A DNA stretch of 63,728 bases, counting the filler, from Reticulomyxa filosa (Eukaryota; Protista; Foraminifera): NCBI GenBank assembly GCA_000512085.1. It is 19 parts of 19 records of this genome, joined end to end, with 100 filler letters (N's around TTAATTAATTAA, not from the genome) between each part and the next. Parts side by side here need not be neighbours in the genome. Positions count along the whole stretch, not along the records: positions 1 to 4,380 come from ASPP01029144.1; positions 4,481 to 6,921 come from ASPP01004747.1; positions 7,022 to 9,540 come from ASPP01004760.1; positions 9,641 to 16,396 come from ASPP01003432.1; 15 more parts are not named here. The stretch is one strand, 5' to 3'. Below, piece by piece: positions 1-10,279 of the stretch. The position numbers were made by a program, and so were the translations under genes. The stretch's first letter is position 1. Each line of letters starts with the position of its first letter. The notes under the pieces were generated by a model that did not search any database, was not told the origin of the DNA, and was given only the letters and a program-made list of their open reading frames with translations.

Positions 1-325
1 TCACTAACACTAACACTAACACTGTGACTGTCGTCCATTCGAAACAGAGGATGGATCAACAGCCAAATGTCTTCGTCCGATGGCACGACATTGTCTTCTT
101 TCATTTGTGCAAATAGCGTCTCCATTTCCTTCAACTTTTTCGAATAGTTGATCCCCTTTTCCATTGTGTCCCCTCCTCCACGTTCACGGTCGATCAGGCT
201 CTCATACCATTCTTCGATGTCGTTGCTTGTCGTTATTATTTCCTTGTCTTTGTCTTGCATTCTGTTGTCAATGTCACTTAATAGTTTCTTAAACTCTTCT
301 CGATTCCAATATCCATCACCATTTC

Positions 326-368
<43 letters not shown>

Positions 369-1708
369 TTCTTTTTTTTTTTTTAACTTAAATATACTCA
401 ACTCGTCACTCGATATAAATATCGATTTGATGGCTTGGTACAACGGAGGAAAGTCAGACTCGTTTTCTTTTCCATCTTCATAACCCTTTGTTTTGTGTTT
501 CATTTATACACATCATCATCATCATCATCATCTTACTGCTTTCCTCTACTGTTGCTGTCACTGCTGGTTATTGAGGGAACAGAGCAGCGGATAGTAGACA
601 CACAAAAAAAAAAAGATCCATGTCAAAAAGATTTGATGCAACTTGCTCAAGCACTCTTGCAGAAAGTTTGTGGAGAATATATGGATTTGCAACGCCAATG
701 CTGCCTTGCTGAGATCTGTGCGGAGTAGTATTCATCATACATCAATATTTGACATTCAGTAAAAAAAAAAGTGTCCTTACTAACGCTTTTCAAATTTTAA
801 GAATCTTTTTTTTCAATGAAGAATCCGCGCAATATAGTACAAAAAAAAGATTTACCAACATTTATAAAAAAACAATAAAGCACTGACATCAATACAATAC
901 GAATTTTTGAACAAGTAATTTGTTTATTTTTAAACAATATGAAATATTTCAAACAAGAGAATTAGTTTGGTCTCTGTTTCATTTTGCTCACCATCAGAGA
1001 CACAAAATGTCTTAAAGTATACAAGGTAAATAACTCTTTTAGTTTCGCCCGAAATGCTTCAAACGACAAAGAAAATTTAAACTTTAACAAACGGTTTTTT
1101 ACTTAATAAAATTTCAATTTTTGTTATGGTCTGTTATAGGAATGTACGTTTATAAAAATTTAATAATTTATTTAATTTTTAGTTGTTGTAGTACAAATGG
1201 AACAAACAAAATTTAATCCACAAATAATAACTCAACCGGAAGAGTCATTAGTTAAAAAACAATGACAAACACAACAATTCTTTTTTTCCTTTGACAAATA
1301 GCAAACGTATTTTGGCGAATTTGGAAATTAAAAATTGCTTTTTTAATTTAAAGATCGTAGAAATCTGTTGTTTCTTCAAATTATGATATTAAATGAAACA
1401 ACTGAATGTCTTTTGCAATCATTTGACTTGTAACAATTACAAGAATTGGAGATGTTTCGATATGTTTTTATCGATAGCCAAAATTCAATCAAAATTACTC
1501 AGGTTCTAGATCTTAGTTTTTGTTATCGCACAAAAAATATCATTATTCTGAACAAAATTGAAGACAATAATAAATATTTTTTATTTTTATTCTTTTGATA
1601 AAAAAGATAATTGTATGATTGTTTAAAATATTTAAAATGGCAATCTTGTTGACGTCAATGGTTTTTTGCAAATATCTGCTTCTTGCCATCTTTTTTGAAA
1701 AGTAATCA

Positions 1709-2824
1709 TGGACAAATTACACACTGCTTTTGGAAGGTCTTATTAAATTTTTTAGCTTTTTAATATACTTTAGATTTCTTTGTTGATGTTTTGGTTGTAG
1801 ACATACTGCAACAGGAAAGTTGTTGTATCAAATGTACAATTCAAGACAAGAAAAAAATTCCTATGTTCCAAATGTCAAACTTATATGTCGCCCAAGTGAC
1901 CCTCAAAGTTATTTTTTAAAGACTTCATGAATTTTCTTTTTTAGAAATTGCAAGAAATTTTTAAAAATAGGTGAACATCAGGAGAAATTGGAAAACGAAA
2001 GAAACACAAGTTTTGAAATCTTTTTAAAAACAAAAAAAACAACAGTAGAACGTGTCAAATATTCGTTCAATAGTTAGAATGAAACGGAATAATACTGTTG
2101 AAATCCCAAAAATGTTTGATGAAGAGTCTGCCATTACTCCAAAAATTCTGGAACTAAGGGGACGCAAATCAAAACAAAACATTGAAAAGGAAATGCAACA
2201 TTATATCAGAAAGCCAATGCCATATCAACGTAAAATTTTTTTAAAAAATATAATTACAAACATAGACAATAAATATAAATACATCTTTTAAATAGCTGTT
2301 AAACCAAGAGTAGAAAAAATACAAGTTAGCAATTCCTTTGTATCATAACTTTTCCTGTTCAAGTCAAGAGGTGGTTGACAAATATTTAAAAAATTTAAAA
2401 GTAAATTTTCATTTGTTTTGATATCCTTTCGAATGTGACTTTATTGACCAGGACTTACAATATTTTCTCGAAAAAGGTGAAAAACGGAATGGAAGAGATA
2501 TTCAAGGTCAAAAATTGAATGAAAAAAACAAATCTTTAACAAATATGACCAAATCCCAACAAATCGAAATGATCAAGCAAAGGATGACAGAGTTGTTGGA
2601 AGAGATTAAAGACAGACAAGAATTTATCAAAGACATGGAAAATGTTTGCAACAACACAGATGATATTAATAATGTAAAAAACCAAATTAGATTGGTAAGT
2701 TTCTATTTTGTCATTTATTAATTATTTTAAAATAGAATAAAAATACACTCACAAAATACTATATTAGAAAATGAATGAATTCAAGAGACTTGACAGTTTG
2801 ATGCAATCTTTAACAGTTGATTAG
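1709..2824 (+). CDS. UPF0193 / EVG1 (C22orf23)-like coiled-coil protein, multi-exon
   Basis: Spliced C-terminus EKIQ|DLQYFLEKG...QRMTELLEEIKDRQEFIKDMENVC...KNQIRL|KMNEFKRLDSLMQSLTVD* resembles the UPF0193 pattern as I recall it ([23 protein letters not shown]...EISQKLREM). GT-AG introns are present and the stop TAG ends at 2824. The 5' exons and start are uncertain. Confidence 0.5.
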
Positions 2825-3044
2825 ATTATCATACTTTTCAATTTTAAAAGGAATAAAGCGTGTAAAATTTTTAAAAGAATGTTTCATTTTTCAAATTTTG
2901 TCTTTTTAGGATTGTTTGAAAAGTCAGAAGAGTATTTGTCATTTAATACAAGGTTTAAAAATAATTTTTCTTTCACAATACAGACTAAACTTTTTTCCAG
3001 CATGTTTTTAGCAAAAAAAAATCTGCATGATAATAGTGTTAAAA

Positions 3045-4328
3045 ATGAGTAAATGGATATTATTTTTTGTCCTTATGGGCTTTGCTTCAGCTCTGAAATT
3101 GAAGAAAGCGACAATAGACTGGGCTCCAACAACATGTGGACCAACAAACCAAATGACGCAATGGGGAGCAACAGTGACCCCAAACAACACGTTGCCGGAC
3201 TACCCAAGACCGCAAATGGCCCGTTCGATTCCGACAATAGTACCGAATTGGTTAAATCTAAACGGACTATGGAACTTTGAAGGAAGCGCAAGTCCAATGT
3301 CCGACACACCCAGTCAGAACTTGTCTCAAATAATATTGGTCCCTTTTCCAGCCGAAAGTTGTTTGTCCGGCATTGGCCAAACATACAAGTTAATTAAATA
3401 CGCAAGAAGCGACGTATTTCAAACATTGACACTTTACAACAAAACAACAATAATGAAATGGACAGATATTTGCAATATCACACCAGTTTCAACGATTTTG
3501 CGAATCGCGATTTATCATCGACCAGACTATTGTTGCACTTTGGTGCGATTGATTGGCAGTCCACCATTTATGTCAACAATGAATTAGTTGGAAATCATAC
3601 TGGTTCGTTGTGTATTCTATATAAATAAATAAAATAAATATATATATATGTATATATGTATGTGACGTTTTAGGAGGGTACGACAGTTTTAGTTTTGACA
3701 TTAGCAAATACGTAAAAACGGGAAGCAGCAATGACTTGAATGTGGTGGTGTATGATCCATCCGATGATGGAGTGCAGCCCAATGGCAAACAACGTATATC
3801 TGCCATTACCAATCCCGGTGGTGATACTTACACTCCGTCGTCAGGTTGATTTTATTATATACATACATATATATATATATAAATATATATATATATGTAT
3901 ATAATTAGTTTTTTTTGTAATTACAAATATGAAAACATTGACTTGGGTCAAAATATAAAAATGTGTACACATAATATAATATAATATAATATAATATAAT
4001 ATAATATAATATAATGTGTCATAAAAAAAAAGGCATTTGGCAAACAGTGTGGTTAGAAGTGGTGCCAAGCACGTTTATTGACTACTTCCAGATAATCCCG
4101 CAACACGACTTGAAAACAGTGACTGTGAACGTCACCATTAAAGGCGACTTAAGTAGTGACACCGTGTTCATTCAGGTGTGGGATGGAGGCAATCTCGTTG
4201 CAAATGCTCAAGGCAAAACCGATGATCTCATTTCTTTCACTATTGCAAATGCGAAGCTGTGGTCTTCCAATTCCCCATTTCTGTATAATGCCACAGTTTC
4301 ATTAATGTCTCTTTTCTATTCAAATTAA
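3045..4328 (+). CDS. Secreted glycoside hydrolase family 2 protein (sugar-binding + Ig-like domains), 3'-truncated by contig end
   Basis: N-terminal signal peptide, then motifs YPRPQM, NLNGLW, ILVPFPAESCLSG, LLHFGAIDWQ, GNHTG|GYDSFSFDI, DPSDDGVQPNGKQ, YTPSS|GIWQTVWLE, KLWSSNSPFLY, reconstructed across three GT-AG introns (~3389-3466, ~3603-3673, 3845-4032). Confidence 0.9.
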
Positions 4329-4380
4329 AACTTTGAAACACACATATACATATACATATACATATATATGTACATATATA

Positions 4381-4480
4381 NNNNNNNNNNNNNNNNNNNN
4401 NNNNNNNNNNNNNNNNNNNNNNNNTTAATTAATTAANNNNNNNNNNNNNNNNNNNNNNNNNNNNNNNNNNNNNNNNNNNN
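4381..4480. other. Artificial contig-joining spacer (44 N + TTAATTAATTAA + 44 N); first of 18
   Basis: The same 100-nt spacer with stops in all six frames occurs at 4381, 6922, 9541, 16397, 21222, 22840, 24110, 25693, 27750, 29551, 42900, 45983, 49919, 53081, 54195, 57504, 59282 and 62459. Composition and gene content change abruptly across them. Confidence 0.99.
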
Positions 4481-7091
4481 CCACAGATGTTGACAAACAT
4501 GGCGATGATGACGGCCCCAGCGGACGCGCGATATCTATGGACAGCCATGTGGCTTGTGCCATTTGGTATTGTGCGCATTAGGGATTCGTTGCATCCCGTT
4601 CAAGTGGCTCCAACTATGCGAAATGATGATTTAACAAGCAAGCACCTAAGGGCGTCGTTGCTTGATTACAATCTTCAAAGCAAATATCAACGCAACACGA
4701 AGGATGACGACCGTCACGGCGCATTTCTATGCTTTCCCAAGTTTAATTTATATTTTCATTTTCTATTTTTTTTATTCATCACAATGTTATACTTGCAATC
4801 TTTTGTCTGTTTTGGAATAGTTTGGAAAAATAATGGCTCGCAAGATTCCTGATTTATTAGTTATTATTTGTTTGTTTTGTTTTTATTTAATTATTTTTAA
4901 TTAATTTTTATTTTATTAATAATTTTATTTTATTTTTAATAATGATTTTATATCATATTCAGCATTCCTCCATGCAAATAGATCTCACAATAAATCAATT
5001 TTTTAAATTGCAGTTATAATTTCCATTCAAATATCAAATGTGTTGATATTGTCTTTGTTCACGGTCCCGACATCTTACATGTGACCTATTATCATTCAAA
5101 TCAAAGCAATGTCTAAATGATCATCATGTGTTTGAAAAATTTTACTTGAATGAATGAAAGAATATACAAACACATACATACCAAATTTCATAACTGAATC
5201 TTGGAGATATCGAAAAGCCATTCAAAAAAATATTAACCATTTGCATGTAAAATTACGTATACTCATAAATGCACATGTGCTGAATCCATAGCGTAAAATG
5301 TAGGCTTATGTTCAATTTTGAATAAATTTGTTCAATCAATAAACTTTGTTATTATTATTTACGCTATTCTAAGTCCCAGATAAATAGCGAACTGGAGGTT
5401 ATGAGTCGATACTGTAAAGTGGATGTGGTAGCACACATATCCTTGGTTGCAACTCCATGGTCGGGCCGATGCGGAGTAATGATTCTGCTGTCCACAGACC
5501 CAAGCGCACATCCACCGTGTCATTGCCATTGCCTACACGTTTATATTGAATGATTTCGGAGGACAGTCATGTCGCTCGATACTCTTCGTTTTGCACATAG
5601 AGTTTGTCACCAATTGCCATCTTTTTTTTTTTAATTAATTTCCGAATGCGAACGAAAAAAATAAATTGTAGGCATGTACATTTATACAAATATATATATG
5701 CATGCAAAAAAAAAAAAGACATGTGAAGTAATATAATATGCACGCGACAATAACTTTCAGCAATTCTATATTGTAATTCTTCGAAACGTGAAAATGCGCT
5801 GTTATGTATGGAATTGAGTTGAGTGTGAGCAGATTCTTCTCAATTGCCGATCGACATAGATGTTTGCATTCCTTATAGTTCTCCTCTCTTATCTCATTTG
5901 CCTTCAGTGAACCTGCAATTCGATTATTGTCTGTTCCATTCAATCTACTCTCGCTCATTGTCAATTTTTGCTTATCACTTGTCCACTTTGTTGTGTTGTC
6001 GTTTTTGATTCTTTTACCTACCGTTTGTTGTTTTTGTCATCCATTTTTTGGGTAATGTTTTAAACAGAGCCAAAGAAAAACAAATTTACAAAGTGGCATC
6101 TAATTAGAAAGAAAGTTTGAGTTGATTTCGACTATTACAAAAAGTTCTTTTTCAAAAGTTCCTTTTTTTTTTATTACAAAAAAGAAACAAAGCTTCTCGT
6201 AATTTGAAAAAGAAAGAGAAAAAGAATCAAAATTGATGAAATATTAACAATTTTCAATGATATTTTTTGAAATTATTTTTTATATGAACGAGAATTGCAA
6301 ATAATCAATAACAATTGAACACAGAAACGTATGACAGCATATTATTCTCAAAAACACTATTTATGCAGAATTCACATATCGGTGTTTACTTAACACAACT
6401 CAGTGTTCTTTTCCTTTTTTACTTACTTCAGATGGACATTCTCAATTTCATTTGTTGTCGTCATATATCATTCTTGGAGGAGCAAACCAGAAAAAGGCAA
6501 ATAACTTCAAACTACGACAATCATCTTGGATATGACGGCAAGATTTTCACGAGAATGTGTTACAATTATCCTTCATTACCTAAAGAGATTGCATGCCAAA
6601 CACTGATCAAATAACCACACAACTTCTTTTTTTAAATCATTATGGCAGATTTTGTACATTGACACAAGCATTAAATACAAATTATCATCAACCTTATATA
6701 CACATTTATCTTCAAAAGAAGAATACGAAAGATAAGTGCGCATCGATACATATTTCCACTATATTTATAAAATGGACTGAGAGTGGATTGATGAATATCA
6801 AATGTAAAAAACGCCGATTAATTAATAAATTTATTCAACACCCCCTTTTACACTATGGATATAGAGCACATACATTTATACGTATGTACATATATGACTG
6901 CTTTGGTGTTTGGATGTGTACNNNNNNNNNNNNNNNNNNNNNNNNNNNNNNNNNNNNNNNNNNNNTTAATTAATTAANNNNNNNNNNNNNNNNNNNNNNN
7001 NNNNNNNNNNNNNNNNNNNNNTTTTTTTATAATTATTATTATAATTTTTTTTTCACTTTAAAAAAAAAAAAACTAATAAAAACCAATAAAG

Positions 7092-8194
7092 ATCACAACA
7101 ACATGCATGCTACTGATGTAATGCAATTTTTAAGTGTTCTTCTGCAATCACCTCTTCTTCAAGTTTTGTGTTGCTACTACCTGAATACATGGGTACATTG
7201 GCATAAATATATATTATATATATATATATATTTATATGTATATGGAAAATTTTAACAAATAAATAAAAACTTTTTTTTTTTTTTTTTTTTTTAAAAAAAA
7301 AAGAAACGATTTTCAGCTTTGGAATGCTTAACCTTGTTAATGGCGGCAGCGGGTCATGATGCCGGACACAATGGCAGAAATAATGACTTTCATGCATGTG
7401 CTTTTCAAATTTTGTTTTGTAAGACAAAGGTTTAAATCTGCTTGTTTTGTGTTGGTGATGCAAAAGAAAAAAACAAAGTCGAACTTATCCCAGAAATATT
7501 CCGAGTCATATTTGGAAAATTACCACATTGCAAGTGTGATGCAGTTGTTGGAAGAGTCGTCCAACTCGGCCAATTGGCTGAAAAATGTCAGCGAAAAAGA
7601 GCGACTTCGCATGCTCCATTGGATTCGCTTTTGCATCTTGGGCACTGATATGGGCACGTATCATGTCTCCATTAAACAAGAACTGAAAACTAAACTTCAT
7701 TTTCTCACGTGTGTATGTCTGTGTACATACACATATGTACATATATGTACATACATACAAAACATTTTTTTTATTTGTCCATTTTTTTTTTTTTATTTTT
7801 TTTTTTTTTTAAAAAAAAAAGTGATAAGGAGCGCGAATGGTCTGAAGAAGACAAATTGACAATGGCTCGAGCGTGCTTGCACTTTGCGGATATTGGCAAT
7901 CCTTGTCGAGAGCATAAGGTATCCTCCGAATGGGGGAAGCTAGTTGTCACCGAGTTTTATGAACAAGGCGATGTGATGCGTAACCTCGGCTTGGAAATTT
8001 CACCGGGTTGTGATCGCTTTGAAAACTCGGGCGATCAAAACACACCAGCAAAACCTAAATTCGATTTCAACGCTATGTGTTTTGAACCTTTGCTGCACTT
8101 GATCATTCCCTTTGTCCCTCAATTGAAAACAGAGGCGCTTGTCATTTACAATGCCAATAGTAAACTCCGTTCGGACAAAGCGCTAAAAACGTAA
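7092..8194 (+). CDS. Class I 3',5'-cyclic nucleotide phosphodiesterase, catalytic domain (5'-truncated)
   Basis: Spliced motifs HNNMHATDVMQ, AAAGHDAGHNGRNNDFH (HDxxHxGxxN), LENYH, ILGTDM, HFADIGNP and EFYEQGD. Intron 7709-7821 restores the frame. Confidence 0.93.
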
Positions 8195-8649
8195 TTTGCT
8201 TTTCGGCTTCCAATTTATGACTTTATTCTTTTTTTTTTCTTTTTTTTGTTTTGTTTTCTTGGCTTGGCTTGATTGACGCTCTTCTTTTTGTGCATTTTCT
8301 GATTTGCTTGGTTTGCTTGTGATATTTAAGTCAGCTGATCCCAATCATTGTTGTGTAGCTTTTCTTTGATTTTCATTATTCTTGTGAAACAGGACTGTTG
8401 GTTGAATCGTTTAAACACGAGAAAAGCATTGTCGCTGACTTTTTTGTTTTCACGCTCAGTATTAGAAATTCTTTTTTTTGAAATGATGGTCTCCCCCTTT
8501 TCTTCTCATCTGTTCAGGTAGATTCTCTTTTTTTGTCCCCTGGCAGATGCAAACACTTGGTAGCTAGTATTTTGCTTTGGATATTATATATATAAACTTG
8601 CTTTGCTGTTGGAATAGTGCGCGGCAAAATCAAAAAAAAAAGAGAAGAT

Positions 8650-9489
8650 ATGTCAGAACCAACCGAAAAAGAGAAAGTAGCAACGTCTCTTCATTGCCTA
8701 TATTGCTTTCATACGCTATGGTGTAAACTGTCGAAAATAAAAGAGCCAGATTTTCCATGGCCGCTTCCCCATAGCAGTCGCAAGATGTAAAAAAAAAGCC
8801 ACTCTTTTCTTGAGGAATTGAAAAAGTAAAGCCCAGCAACAGCAAAAAAAAAGACTGTTTTAAAAAAACAACAAAACACAACAAAAAAAAAAAAAAAAAA
8901 AAGGGGACTATTTGTAACATGGTCAAAGAAATTACGAAAAGAAGAAGAATACGATCTGCGAGGTTGTTTGGGCACTTTTTCAGAGGATATGCCAATTTCG
9001 GAAGGATTGAAGAAGTATGCTATTTACAGGTAATCCACTTTTTTAAAATTTTTTTTTTTTTTTTTAAAAAAGGGTCTCCCTTTGCCAAAGTAAAGTAAGT
9101 GTAACATTGTAGAGAATTGAAAATTGTTGTTTGCAATGAAACTATTGTAGTGCTTTGCAAGACAGACGTTTCAGTCCCATCACCATTGACGAAATCTCTC
9201 TCTTGAAATGCCACGTCTCTTTGCTTCATTCCTTTAAACAAGCCAAGGATTTGGACGATTGGGTGGTATTTGCTTTAATATATATATACATATATACATT
9301 TATGTATTTATGTATTTATGTATTTATTTTATACTGTTCCATGTTTTATTATTGTTGTTGAAATGGAATGATTGTGATGTTGTTCAACAATTGCCAAGAT
9401 TGGACAACATGGTGTAACATTGTCATTTCAAGATTGTTTGGGTCAGCAATTCTCTGCCACGTATTTACCGGAAATTGCATTGGAACAAA
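8650..9489 (+). CDS. AMMECR1: AMMECR1-family protein, 4 exons visible, 3'-truncated
   Basis: Spliced: MSEPTEKEKVATSLHCLYCFHTLW...M|GLFVTWSKK...LRGCLGTFS...LKKYAIYS|ALQDRRFSPITIDEISLLKCHVSLLHSFKQAKDLDDWV|IGQHGV...SATYLPEIALEQ. LRGCxG, DxRFxP and ATYLPE are AMMECR1 signatures. Confidence 0.9.
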
Positions 9490-9498
9490 GTTCTTCAC

Positions 9499-9540
<42 letters not shown>

Positions 9541-10279
9541 NNNNNNNNNNNNNNNNNNNNNNNNNNNNNNNNNNNNNNNNNNNNTTAATTAATTAANNNN
9601 NNNNNNNNNNNNNNNNNNNNNNNNNNNNNNNNNNNNNNNNAGTTACGGTAGCTTTTTTACTGATAGGGTTGCCCATTTTTCAACTTCTGATGAAGGCAAG
9701 CGTAGATCAAAAAACTTGGATTTTTTTTTTAACTACGAAGGGGTTCGTCAAAACCACGTAATCTACAATAAAAGTGTAAAATAAAGATTATTTATGTTAT
9801 TCGCTTGTTTTTATTTTAATTTCTGGTATTTCAAGGCAACTATTGAAATTGCTGATCAATTGAAAGCAAGTTGAAAAGAATGAAAATTTTAAACTTTTTT
9901 ATCAAGAAACGGTAGCATTCGATGAATATCAATGGTTTAATATGCCAACAACAATTACTTGGAACGATGTACTTTTGAAGATGAAAACTAATTGCAGTTT
10001 TGTCTTTTGAAAATTGAAAAGAAAATACTTGTAATTGAAATGAATTCAAATGATCATAGAACTGATTTTATAAATTTCAATTTTTTTTTTTTTTGAAACA
10101 AAGAGTTGAAAACATATTTCATAGATAGAAAATTTTTCTTGAATTGTACTATATTTCAAAGCAACGTAAAAAAAGTCCGACAGCGAGGAAGGGGTAGTTA
10201 AAAAACTACAATTGAACAAAGGATTTTTTCAAGTTTTTTTTGTTTCCTAATGACTAATAACAACTGAGTAAAAAAAAGG

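Noticed and set aside
1-24. (CACTAA)n at the window start as a telomere
   Set aside because: Only about three units, embedded in what looks like minus-strand coding sequence (Ser-Val repeat). The window edge is arbitrary.
148-728. Plus-strand ORFs with poly-Leu/Ser
   Set aside because: These are antisense translations of microsatellites. A minus-strand spliced gene is likelier, but I could not assign it.
4425-4436. Recurrent TTAATTAATTAA palindrome as a biological repeat or CRISPR-like array
   Set aside because: Always centred in exactly 44+44 N; it is a synthetic six-frame stop linker.
4487-5964. Possible genes on the second contig (4487-4852 +, ~5400-5958 -)
   Set aside because: Coding-like composition, but I could not build a consistent spliced frame or recognise a family.
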